From Macrostomum lignano (lineage: Eukaryota), in assembly GCA_002269645.1 (NCBI GenBank), contig NIVC01003534.1, positions 1 to 64,000 of the forward strand: a DNA stretch of 64,000 bases. Direction: 5' to 3'. Below, in pieces: positions 20,493 to 32,700 of this stretch (position 1 is the stretch's first letter; each line of letters begins with the position of its first letter). The notes under the pieces were generated by a model. That model had not been told where the DNA came from, searched no databases, and worked only from the letters and a program-made list of their open reading frames with translations. Made by a program: the position numbers and the translations under genes.

Positions 20493-22503
20493 TAGAGAAT
20501 TGCTGCAAAGTCGCAAAGTTCCACAATTTTGCGGGCCGCACGGCCCTCAGAATCGTCGGTGTCTGCCAGTGATTTAGTCTATGGCATTTTTATCAAGTGT
20601 AGAAAATAATAATTTCAACAGTATAGTTATAACAGTATAAGTCAGCATAATAACAAAAGAATGTTTATAAACAGAAGCAGTTAGTTCGCTGTTGCTATGC
20701 CAAAAGGCTTTAGTGTTAAAAGTTAGGTTTAGTCTTTGGTTCAAAGTACCGCAATAGTACTTGTAGAGCTGTAGCTCTGAGACCGTAAGTAAGAACTCAG
20801 GCTTCGAGTCCCTAACTCTATTCCTACTGACCTTGAGCTTCTGCTCAAACTCAGAGAAAATCCTCAAAGTTTGAGGTGGAACTCGCAAGTTTTTACTCAC
20901 TTTATTCATAAGGCCTATTGTCCTTTGCATCCATTTTGTGATGAACCGGGGGAAGAATCCCAAGGCTCCCCGCCTGACCCGGGTTCGTGTACTGATCCTT
21001 AGCGCTACGGTCGTCCAACCTACCCGCGTACGACGCAGAGTCGGTTGGGATCAGGCCAATCGAGCGTACGACGTACGGTGGCCTCCAGTTAAGCAGACGA
21101 CGCTGAGCTGGTTGGGGTGGGAATCGGCGTACGACGCTATCTATCCCGGCTAAGCCCTAAACATGCAAACCCCGAAAAGACAAAGACAGAGTGCTCACGT
21201 TTCGCTTGCGGAATGGCCCAGGCCAGGCTTGGCTGTTGGCTCGACTCCGAGATGCAGATCGCCACTATATTTGTGCAGTCGCAAAGCAGATACAAACTCA
21301 ATCGCAGAGTTGCAACAACAGAGCAGTCGCGAGAGCAAGGAAAACAAGGGCCGCAGAGGCCTCATATAGGCAGGCATAATACGGGGGGGGAGGCGCCAGA
21401 CAGAAAAGCCCCGGGGCTTGCAGCCAATCAGAGAGCGCCAACTGGCCCGCCTGCGCCGATGGGAGAGTACATTGCAAAGGCTGGGGAGGGGTTGAGAGAA
21501 AAACAAGTGGGGCTACTTCAGAACGGGTTTCCGCCAATCAGAAGCCGGGGGCTGACGCAAGCGTCAGGGGGTGGGGCACATAAAAAATAGCGAACGAAAA
21601 AGAGAAGGTCAGGGGGGCTTGATAGAGTACACAACAGGGAGGGCTACACAACCAAAAAGGCAGGCGGGGAGGGGCGCATTCATCACAATTAATTAGCTTA
21701 ATTTTCAATTCACGCACTTGATAAATTACAAAAGAGCTACAGAGGGAACCAGAATGATCCTACCTAGAATAAAAAGTACAGATCATACTCTTAGAAAATC
21801 ACAAACTCGCTGCCAGCAAAGCAAGTATCCATCTGGCGCCTGATCCACTGGGATGTCGGCTCCGGTGAGCGACGATGAAGGATAAAAAAGCGAGATAGGG
21901 CGGCAGCCGGTGGCCGTGCAGGTGGCCGGGGGGCCGAACCGCCTGCCTGCCTACCCGGATCTCCTGCTGCGCGGCTTGGCGCGAGCGGCAGACAATGGGA
22001 ATGGTGGGGGGGGGGCGGTGCCGGCAAAAAGCCGGTGCTGTGGGATGAAAGGACTGCAGCTGGATGTGGGCAAAAAAGCAGACCTTTGATTGCTGCTGAG
22101 AAAGTGGTTCTCAGTGCAAATGGATTCGCTGCAGCAGTAAAATTCTGAGGGCCGCAGATTCAATGCAGCCCCGCGGGCCTCAAGAGCCGGAGAGAAGGAC
22201 CCGGACAGTCAGCTGAAAGCTTTGCACGAAACGGCACGTTTGGAACTCGCTTTCCTCACAGATTTTTGCCTTTCTTCATTTTCCATTTACCGTCAGGCAG
22301 GAGACAAAATGGAGGGCGCTGAGACAATGGTCCGATGCGGGAGGGGCGATAGAGAGGAAGCGGCGGCCGAGCTGAGTGAGCCTTTTGCTCAGAAAAGCCG
22401 GCGGGCAAATCGGAAAGCAAAAAAAGCGAATTGAGTTGGGGTTTGGGATTTTCTGACTTGCGATGTGGATATGGGCTTGTCTCAGGCTCTGATGGGTCTG
22501 TAG

Positions 22504-23049
22504 GGGATCTGAGACTGTGGCTGTCTGTAGGTACAGAATGCTCTAGGGATCTGGGACTGTGGCTGTCTGTAGGTACAGAATGCTCTAGGGATCTGGGACT
22601 GTGGCTGTCTGTAGGTACAGAATGCTCTAGGGATCTGGGACTGTGAGGTGTCTGTAGGTACAGAATGCTCTAGGGATCTGGGACTGTGGCTGTCTGTAGG
22701 TACAGAATGCTCTAGGGATCTGGGACTGTGGCTGTCTGTAGGTACAGAATGCTCTAGGGATCTGGGACTGTGGCTGTCTGTAGGTACAGAATACTCTAGG
22801 GATCTGGGACTGTGGCTGTCTGTAGGTACAGAATACTCTAGGGATCTGGGACTGTGGCTGTCTGTAGGTACAGAATGCTCTAGGGATCTGGGACTGTGGC
22901 TGTCTGTAGGTACAGAATGCTCTAGGGATCTGGGACTGTGGCTGTCTGTAGGTGCAGAATAATCTAGGGATCTGGGACTGTGAGGTGTCTGTAGGTACAG
23001 AATGCTCCAGGGATCTGGGACTGTGGCTGTCTGTAGGTACAGAATGCTC
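22504..23049. repeat. 42-bp minisatellite, ~13 copies
   Basis: GGGATCTGGGACTGTGGCTGTCTGTAGGTACAGAATGCTCTA. Confidence 0.95.
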
Positions 23050-24389
23050 AAGACGATCTTTCTCAAAGCAGGTACAGAAATTCAGTTTGCCTGCACCCGG
23101 GAACCTGGTGATCTCGTGTACGCCGTTGAAACTCTTCTAGTTTTCAGGTTTGTTGCAAGAAATTTTCAAGCAAAATATAATAACTGCGATTTAAGTACGT
23201 AACAGCTTTCGTAACTGCTTATTTTTATCTAGCCCACAAATAGTTGAGCACAAATGGTCATAGCAGTGTGATCTAGAGTGTACTATAGTGTAATAATTTG
23301 GTTATTCAATTCGAGCAGGCATATATTTTAGGCATCATTAATTAAAATCCAAGCAAGCAGAATTCGAATTTTGAACGGAACTGAACAGTTTTTATGGAGC
23401 ATTGGGCAAAAATTTCCTGACTAGGGGGCCTAAAACAGCAACCACTGCTCAGACTCTTTAGGGCTCGTCAGTACTCTTTAGACATGGCAAAACTGTCACA
23501 TTTTGTAACTTGCTGTTACATTTATTTAAAATAGTTTTAGCATTGATAATATTGCTCATCGGCAGTGTCAGAGAGTGTCTGATGACAGAACCTTAGAACT
23601 AGTAAATATCTCAACTGGACTGGCATCATCTGCCCTCTGAGCCTGCCAGCATTATTAAATATTAGAAGCTTTTCACGGGCACGGGCTTCTGAAAAAAAAA
23701 ACAAAGGAAAAGACAAAAAAACACGCACGAAGAATACACAAAAGCGAGTGAGGATGAGTGAGTAGACAAAAAACAAACATCTATGCTGGTCTGCGGGGTC
23801 AAGAGGCTGGTATGCGAGTTCAGAGCGGCAGAGGTGTACAATTAAAAGTACAATAATATCGTATGTACAGTATGATGACCCGGCCGTTCCTCATCGTTGA
23901 CAAAGCGAAGGCCAGAGAATTAAAGCAATCTTCAAAACGTGAGGACTTGAAAACAAGCTTGGGATTGAAATTCGGGATTAAGAGTAGGATCAGTTGAGTT
24001 TAGCTAGCAAGCCTTACACTACAGCCGCTCGGCATTGCCAAAGGCGCTTTCAGATCCATCGGCTTTTGTCGTAGAAGTTCGTTACTGATGGATCAGCATC
24101 GGCTACTCTGAACCACCGGTCGGGATACAAAGGGGCTCAGAGGGGTTCACAGAGGAATATTCATAGCCAATCAGTGAGGGCCTCAAGGTGGCAGCAAGCC
24201 ACTTTTCTGAACTCAACTTAGTTTAACGAGTTCATCTGTCTTGACAACAGATGCCACAGAGCAGGAAATGGCCTCATGCGACTGACAGAGCAGCTGTACA
24301 TAGCTATAATATGCTGCGTATTCTAGACAATATGTTTTGAGTGAGTCAGTTTTGAGTCGAGCGTCAATTGATGAATCGCTGAGCTCCGA

Positions 24390-24962
24390 TCACATGCTGC
24401 CGATGGCACTTGAGTGCAGCTCGCCTGGGCTGCCGGGCTCCAGCTGGTGGTGATGGCTCTGATGGTGGCCATTGTGCATGCCATAGTGCGCCTGCTGCAT
24501 GTACATCATGTGCATCTCACCGGACCCAACTGCTGGCGACTCCCGCTGCTGATGGGGCTGATGATGATGATGCTGGTGATGCTGGACCGGACTAGAACTC
24601 GGACTGCCGCACTCCTGTTTGCCAACCAGCAGCTGGTAGACTCCATCACCGCCAGCCTGCTTCTGCATCTGTCCGCCTCCTCCGCCGTGGTGCTGGCCGC
24701 CAACCAGCATGCCGTAGCCGGTGGGCGGAGAACCGGGCGGGTAGCCGCCGTAGACAGCGGAGCCACCGCCGCTGTACGGCCCCATGGACTGCTGAAGGTA
24801 GCCGCCGTACTGCCCCATGACAGCCTGCTGGTAGTCCGTCGGCCCGCCGTGGTGCAGGTACTGCTGGGCGGCCATGTAGCCTGCCGGGCCGCTGTACAAA
24901 TCTCTCGGCAAAGCGGAGTTCGCCGCCGTCATGCCCTGCTGCGGACCTCCAGCGCCGCCGCC

Positions 24963-24994
<32 letters not shown>

Positions 24995-25418
24995 TGCTGT
25001 AGCGGTCCTGCCGTTTCAGCAGGGTCTTGGTCTTGCGCCGCGGCCTGTACTTATAGTCCGGATGGTCCTTCATGTGAATGGCGCGCAGCCGCTTGGCCTC
25101 GTCGATGAAGGGCCGCTTCTCGGTCTCGCTGAGATTCTTCCACTCGATGCCAAGCCGCTTGCTGATCTCCGAGTTGTGCATCTTCGGATTCTCCTGCGCC
25201 ATCTTGCGGCGCTGGCCCCGGCTCCACACCATGAAGGCGTTCATCGGCCGCTTCACCCGGTCCTCCTTCTTGCCGCCAACGCCTGCGCCGCCGTGGACTG
25301 GAGGTCCTTCATGGTGCTGATGCTGATGCTGGTGATGATGAGGCGGAGGCGGCTGCTGTTTGTGGGCCGGCGACATGACAGATGGTGCGCTGTTGTTATT
25401 GCTGCTTCCGGGAGTCAC
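24390..25418 (-). CDS. SoxB1: SoxB1 (Sox1/2/3, SoxNeuro-like) HMG-box transcription factor, HMG-containing exon (first internal ATG 25376)
   Basis: [38 protein letters not shown]...[15 protein letters not shown] (group B1 homology tail); KQE..PSSSPV motif resembling SOX2 KSEASSSPP. Confidence 0.97.
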
Positions 25419-25535
25419 CTTCAATGATTTTTTTTAACGGAAAAAGTCCGAGTAAGACGCAGTGAAGAAGACGTAGATTTTAGACTTTCGTTTTTTTATT
25501 AATGATCATGGAATATACTGAGCCTTTGTACCTCA

Positions 25536-26716
25536 TTCCTGTGAGCAGTTAGTGCCGCTACCCCCTGTTCCTGTGAGCAGTTAGTGTCGCTACCCCCTAT
25601 TCCTGTGAGCAGTGAGTGTCGCTACCCCCTATTCCTGTGAGCAGTGAGTGTCGCTACCCCCTGTTCCTGTGAGCAGTGAGTGTCGCTACCCCCTATTCCT
25701 GTGAGCAGTTAGTGTCGCTACCCCCTATTCCTGTGAGCAGTGAGTGTCGCTACCCCCTGTTTCTGTGAGCAGTTAGTGCCGCAACCCCCTGTTCCTGTGA
25801 GCAGTGACTGCCGCAACCCCCTGTTCCTGTGAGCAGTGACTGCCGCAACCCCCTGTTCCTGTGAGCAGTGAGTGTCGCTACCCCTATTCCTGTGAGCAGT
25901 GAGTGTCGCTACCCCCTATTCCTGTGAGCAGTGAGTGTCGCTACCCTCTATTCCTGTGAGCAGTGAGTGTCGCTACCCCCTATTCCTGTGAGCAGTGAGT
26001 GTCGCTACCCCCTGTTCCTGTGAGCAGTGACTGCCGCAACCCCCTGTTCCTGTGAGCAGTGAGTGTCGCTACCCCCTATTCCTGTGAGCAGTGAGTGTCG
26101 CTACCCCCTATTCCTGTGAGCAGTGAGTGTCGCTACCCCCTGTTCCTGTGAGCAGTGAGTGTCGCTACCCCCTATTCCTGTGAGCAGTTAGTGTCGCTAC
26201 CCCCTATTCCTGTGAGCAGTGAGTGTCGCTACCCCCTGTTTCTGTGAGCAGTTAGTGCCGCAACCCCCTGTTCCTGTGAGCAGTGACTGCCGCAACCCCC
26301 TGTTCCTGTGAGCAGTGACTGCCGCAACCCCCTGTTCCTGTGAGCAGTGAGTGTCGCTACCCCCTATTCCTGTGAGCAGTGAGTGTCGCTACCCCCTATT
26401 CCTGTGAGCAGTGAGTGTCGCTACCCTCTATTCCTGTGAGCAGTGAGTGTCGCTACCCCCTATTCCTGTGAGCAGTGAGTGTCGCTACCCCCTGTTCCTG
26501 TGAGCAGTGACTGCCGCAACCCCCTGTTCCTGTGAGCAGTGAGTGTCGCTACCCCCTATTCCTGTGAGCAGTGAGTGTCGCTACCCCCTATTCCTGTGAG
26601 CAGTGAGTGTCGCTACCCCCTGTTCCTGTGAGCAGTGAGTGTCGCTACCCCCTGTTCCTGTAAGCAGTGAGTGCCGCAACCCCCTGTTCCTGTGAGCAGT
26701 GACTGCTGCAACCCCA
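25536..26716. repeat. 32-bp minisatellite, ~37 copies, with a ~480-bp higher-order period
   Basis: CTACCCCCTATTCCTGTGAGCAGTGAGTGTCG and variants. Confidence 0.95.
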
Positions 26717-28037
26717 AGGTCCTTCAGTGGACTTGGACACCCCCTCTACTTCTTATTTTCTCAGTAGGCTCCGCTGCAAGCAAACCGAGGTACGGAGATC
26801 TGCTCATATCGACAAAGATAATTAGCAGTTTGTTTAGAATTTATCATATGCGAGCGCTGAATGTTGATCCACAGGATTTTCTTAATTTGCCGGACTCAGG
26901 GACTAACAAGCACACCGGGAGTCGTCCCGGATACCGCGGATCCTTCGCAGCTGCTGCACCTCCGAAATGTCGCGCTCGCTAGGGGGCTTCGTCAAAGCCC
27001 GGTCCTCCACCCCGCGATCCACAGGGGGTCCCCGACCCCGGCCCCTACCTAGCACGGCGGGCGGAACACCTGCAAAGTTTTGCTCCGCCTAACGAGGCGT
27101 AATTATTTTTTCGGCCGCGTACGGCCCGACCCGGCCAGTGGGTATCCGAGAAGCTTCGGCGGCGCCTTAGCGACTAATTGTTTCTTAACAGCGACTCAGC
27201 GAGTACAGAAAGTGGCTGCTCCCCTCCGCCCCACTTCAGGGGGCTGGCGGGCTTCGGGGCAAGTGGGAGAGAATAACGAAACGAAAGGTGAAGACGGGCC
27301 TCCGCCAATCTACCTTCGTGTTTCCCCTTCCTAGGGGTCGGCCCCTCCATCCCCTCTCCGGAGCCCCCCCCCCATTCCCGCACCCGCATCTGCCCAACAA
27401 CGCGAGCGGAGGGTCCGCGAGGTCCCCGATTCTCCCGCGCCACGCAGCTTCCCCGCTTCTTCTTCATCCCCTCTCCCCACGCGACTGGCGTCCCCGCCCC
27501 CCTCAGGCCCAAATTCTCCTATCAATTATCCATCATTTCCTGGGGCTCCTGCCTGCTTGAGTTGGGGCTGGGGTGCAATATTCCCCAACTCCACTTCGGG
27601 GATGCCCAATTTCGAGTTGGATAAATTCTTCCCAACTAAGCATGCCTCATCAGGCTGAGCTCAACAGATGAGGACGCGGCGCCCATCTTTCACCTGGCGC
27701 GAACAAATTCCAGCTTCCGCCGAGGCGGTGAGCAGCCAGAACAGCCGATTGCTTCTCCCACGAAGGGAGTCGTTCTCTGGGTCCCAACTCATACAGTCCC
27801 TTCTATGCCGGCGCATGGATCCCCAGATTGGGAAGGTGGCCCATCGATTTCCTGAGCGCTATTTTTCTTTCCGAACTCGCGAATTCCGACCGGCACAGCA
27901 GGCGGTTGATAATTTTTATATTTTATTGGCTTCTATCGATTCGTGGGGTTGAAGGGATACTTTGCCGGCTCACGGGATGCTGCACCCCGTGAGTTGAGCA
28001 TAGTGAGCCTTCTCTGCCCTGCCTATCTGGCGTGTGC

Positions 28038-28502
<465 letters not shown>

Positions 28503-28539
28503 CTACTCTACCCTGATCTCCTTACAGTCAGTGACTCAC

Positions 28540-28660
28540 CGAAGCCGAATGCGCACCGGTGCCGCCCTCAGCTGAAGCTGGCGATGACGGGTCAAAGTCG
28601 CTGCCGCCGCCACCCCCGGGGCTGCCAGTTGGCATGCAGGGCTGGCGCAGCATCTGGCTG

Positions 28661-28726
<66 letters not shown>

Positions 28727-29007
28727 AGCAACATCTGATGCGGCGGGGCGCCATAGGTGGCTGCTGCGGCCGCGGACTCTGCAGCGTAGAGATGATCGTA
28801 GCGACCAGGAGCGGCGGCGTGCTGCGGCAGGTAGCCGCCCAGCCTGACGGCGTCCTGCATGCCAGCCGCCGCTGCCGCTGCTGCCGCCGCCGCAGCCGCC
28901 TGCTGCTGAATATGATGGCCGTGATGGCTGTGACTGTGGTGATGATGGTGCAAGTAGGCCTGGGCCGCCTCCCTGCAGTGCTGCTGCGACTGCAGCTCCG
29001 TTGCCAT
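28540..29007 (-). CDS. SoxB1: His/Ala/Gln-rich 156-codon exon; probable first coding exon of the SoxB1 gene
   Basis: ATG at 29007; ends TCG|GTGAGT (phase 0); transcription-factor-like poly-H/A/Q; phase matches AAG|GTG acceptor at 25419/25418. Confidence 0.65.
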
Positions 29008-29671
29008 GGAGTCTCTAGGGTGTGTTGATTATGGATTGATTTTTAACCGATATCGCGAGCTGTTCACTAAAACCTGAGCCCCGTTGGAGTGTCTTTTCTA
29101 GCCTCTCGTGTCCTCTTCAGAGAATTGTGCCTTGACAATGCCTCTATTGTGCTGTGGCCTGGCGGGGTGTCGGTGCAGCTTGGGAAATAAGCAGAGAAGG
29201 AAGGGGCTTGAAGAAGGAGGAAGCCAGTCCTATCTATGGGGTCTGGGAATTCGGGATAAGGAATGAGGCTCGGGCAAGTGCTGAGGCAACTGGGGCTTTG
29301 AGCAGCCGATTCGCCAATCTGCAGCCCAGCCAATGCCAGCCAGCCTGAGTTTAGGGGTTGGAGAAGAGTTTGGCCTGTGAGTTCCCCGAGCCTTCCCCGA
29401 GCTCTGTGAGCTGGTTGGCTTGGAGCTGGGGGTGCGGCCGCCGCCACGGAAGAGCTTTCGAATCTTCGGCTTGAGTTTTCCATTTTTTAATATTAGTTTC
29501 ATAAATGGCCTCTAAAACTCGAGTAATTTCGCATAGGGAATGGGGATGTTAAACATTCCATGCCTTCTTCTACAATTGCATTATGCATGTGCCCTCATAT
29601 CAGATGCTCATGTCCTCACTACATAATCGCTAATTTACCTATTCAATAAATATAAAATTCTGTTCTCAATT

Positions 29672-29935
29672 CTCAAACTGTCCCATCCTCAAACTGTCCC
29701 ATCCTCAAACTGTCCCATCCTCAAACTGTCCCATCCTCAAACTGTCCCATCCTCAAACTGTCCCATCCTCAAACTGTCCCATCCTCAAACTGCCCCATCC
29801 TCGAACTGTCCCATCCTCAAACTGTCCCATCCTCAAACTGTCCCATCCTCAAACTGTCCCATCCTCAAACTGTCCCATCCTCAAACTGTCCCATCCTCAA
29901 ACTGTCCCATCCTCAAACTATCCCATCCTCAAACT
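29672..29935. repeat. 16-bp minisatellite, ~16 copies
   Basis: AAACTGTCCCATCCTC. Confidence 0.95.
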
Positions 29936-31030
29936 CTGCTAAAAACTTCCAAAAGTGTTCAGCGGAGCAAGACAGACCGGGTTCGGGCAGCCCCAGCAAG
30001 TGGTTAAACAAAGACATGCAAAGGGAAAAGTTTATGCAGTTAAAAAAATCCCACAAAACTAACTAATTTCGGTATAAGGAATCAACCACAAGGCACAGTA
30101 TGAACGGGTCCTCATCAGTCACGCTCAGTTCACGGCTCTGAATTCTTGCCATCCCCCCAGAGCAGCGGGGGCCGCCGCCCCCCCCCCCGCGCTGGGAAGT
30201 TGAGCCACCCTCAATTCCCACCGGGCCGGCACGAGTGCAAGGGGCAGCACCCATGACAGAAATCCTATATGCTCGTAGGAGTTCCAGCACGAGTGGGCCT
30301 CCATGCCCCACGCATGGTTCCCCAAGGCACCGAGCCACCTGTGACATCTCCAACTGACTAAAACTCTTAAAGTTAAAGTAAGCTGTGAGTTGCACAGGGA
30401 AGACTCCAATCTGCTTTAGCTCAAACCCTTAATGGCCCAAACAATCAGTAAGAATTCGTACAGACCCCATTCGAACATCTGTACAAAGCCACACAATGAG
30501 CAGTATAATGAAGGTCAAGTCGTCCAATCTTCTTTTCGAGTCCGGCCCAAATCACAAAAGTACAAAACATTCTTATGAAAGGAATTTGAAAGATTTGCAC
30601 CCCCATTCTGTTGTGCCTGACTTGATAACACATTCGATAGCAACCTTGAAGTGTACTAAATAATAAAGAAAATTTCCTGGTTGCACATGCCCATTTGTCT
30701 CTAAATTATGTTGCCCCCAAGCTGCTTCATAATTTTTCTCAAGCAAATTATTTTTGACTGACAGGCGCTTAGTCCCGGCATAAGAAGATTCCCAACAGCG
30801 GTGTGAACCAGGCTGGAAATCTGGTGGAAAGCCGGCAGAGAGAGGAGGAGCTATGGAAATAGTAAAGTCCATAGGATCTCCTGCCTCTAGCCAAGTCCAG
30901 CACACCCATGCCCCCGACTGTGGATTTGTTGAAGCGCTAATCTCACCGCGCGTTGCTGCAGTGCCTTAATCCAATCCAATAGTTACAATAGTTGAGTTTG
31001 ATCGGCAAATAAGAAGCTGTGGTAAGAATC

Positions 31031-31614
31031 TGTGGCGCTGTCTGAGATCAGTGTGGCGCTGTCTGAGATCAGTGTGGCGCTGTCTGAGATCAGTGTGGCG
31101 CTGTCTGAGATCAGTGTGGCGCTGTCTGAAATCAGTGTGGCGCTGTCTGAGATCAGTGTGGCGCTGTCTGAGATCAGTGTGGCGCTGTCTGAAATCAGTG
31201 TGGCGCTGTCTGAGATCAGTGTGGCGCTGTCTTAGATCAGTGTGGCGCTGTCTGAAATCAGTGTGGCGCTGTCTGAGATCAGTGTGGCGCTGTCTGAGAT
31301 CAGTGTGGCGCTGTCTGAGATCAGTGTGGCGCTGTCTGAGATCAGTGTGGCGCTGTCTGAGATCAGTGTGGCGCTGTCTGAGATCAGTGTGGCGCTGTCT
31401 GAGATCAGTGTGGCGCTGTCTGAGATCAGTGTGGCGCTGTCTGAGATCAGTGTGGCGCTGTCTGAGATCAGTGTGGCGCTGTCTGAAATCAGTGTGGCGC
31501 TGTCTGAGATCAGTGTGGCGCTGTCTTAGATCAGTGTGGCGCTGTCTGAAATCAGTGTGGCGCTGTCTGAGATCAGTGTGGCGCTGTCTGAGATCAGTGT
31601 GGCGCTGTCTGAGA
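31031..31614. repeat. 21-bp minisatellite, ~28 copies
   Basis: TGTGGCGCTGTCTGAGATCAG. Confidence 0.97.
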
Positions 31615-32576
31615 AGTGCCCTAACTGGAATCTGTAAAGCGCTGGTTATGATCAGGCCTCGATCACTCTAGGATTATCTTGAGTCCGTGTGATTTCAATC
31701 CGCCAATGCAAATGCGGCATGCACTGCAGTACAGAAGCCGGCATCCAAAGAGCTGATCGATCATTGATCAGGCATTCACATCTGATCGATTAGAAACCTT
31801 CAAGTCACATCCTTCTCCCTGAGAGGAATAGAAAGGAATCGCTCCAGGATAGCAGAGCAGACGGCATTGGCAAGTCAATTGTTGTCAGCCGCAGCTGTCA
31901 GCTGGAGGCTTGCCGGAAGTGCGGCCCTGAAGTTCAGTTCAACCAGGAAAATCTTTCTGGCAGCAGAGAGTAAAGAGAGGGAGCGAGAGAGGACAAGACA
32001 AGAGAGATAACGGAGAGAGCAGAGGAGACAGCAGATGCGGAAAATCTTTCGAGTGTCGCACTGCGCTTGCCTCACAGGTCCGGGGCAGGCCAGGCTCGCA
32101 GTGGATAGAGAACGAGAGAGATGGAGAGCCCGCCAAACCTCTCGAGGCAAAGTTGCGGATGAGAATGTAAAAAATGGGCGACATTAAGAACTCCGCAAGT
32201 AAAAAAAACTTATTGCTTGGCGAGCAAGAAGAATGGAGATTGGGGGGAAAGGGGGAGAAAGCACTAGGCCGGGTTTCCTGGCTGGGAAGTGGAGCCCCGG
32301 CACTTCGGCCATTGAGGCAGCCGAGCCGACCCAGAGTGCCGGCCACTTCCTGCGACTGCTCCGCCCGGCTCTCCTGACCGGGGGGGGGGATTATTAAGGT
32401 GGGAATGCTATTAAGGTTGTAGACCCATTTTACAGCAAGTTTGACCAGTATTCTGGCCTGCTTTTGGTTTTATTGTGGGCGCAAAGTCATGCGTTGGATT
32501 TCATTGCCAGCCCTTGAGTTCATTGATCTTTGCCGACCTCTGCTCTGTCTCCCCTCAATTCCGCTCTCTCCAGCTC

Positions 32577-32700
32577 CAGTCCCTCCTTCCCAGTCCCTCC
32601 TTCCCAGTCCCTCCTTCCCAGTCCCTCCTTCCCAGTCCCTCCTTCCCAGTCCCTCCTTCCCAGTCCCTCCTTCCCAGTCCCTCTTTCCGAGTCCCTCCAT
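32577..32700. repeat. 14-bp minisatellite, ~8 copies
   Basis: CCCTCCTTCCCAGT. Confidence 0.9.

Noticed and set aside
22482-23066. Repeat-protein-like ORFs on both strands
   Set aside because: 42-bp minisatellite; no splice or start context
24414-25427. 337-aa plus-strand ORF antisense to SoxB1
   Set aside because: Shadow of GC-rich codon usage on the opposite strand; no recognisable domain
25536-26716. CRISPR-like appearance of 32-bp repeats
   Set aside because: Head-to-tail tandem units with no unique spacers, eukaryotic context, no cas genes
28660-29028. Poly-Leu plus-strand ORF
   Set aside because: Antisense reading of the (CAG)n poly-Gln tract
29570-29592. Sox-POU composite site upstream of SoxB1 (ACAATTGCATTATGCAT)
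   Set aside because: Spacing does not match the canonical CATTGTTATGCAAAT element; could be chance in AT-rich DNA
30550-30930. Possible L1/Tx1 remnant (GGMGVLDL on the minus strand)
   Set aside because: One short motif only; surrounding frames are broken, so it cannot be supported without a search
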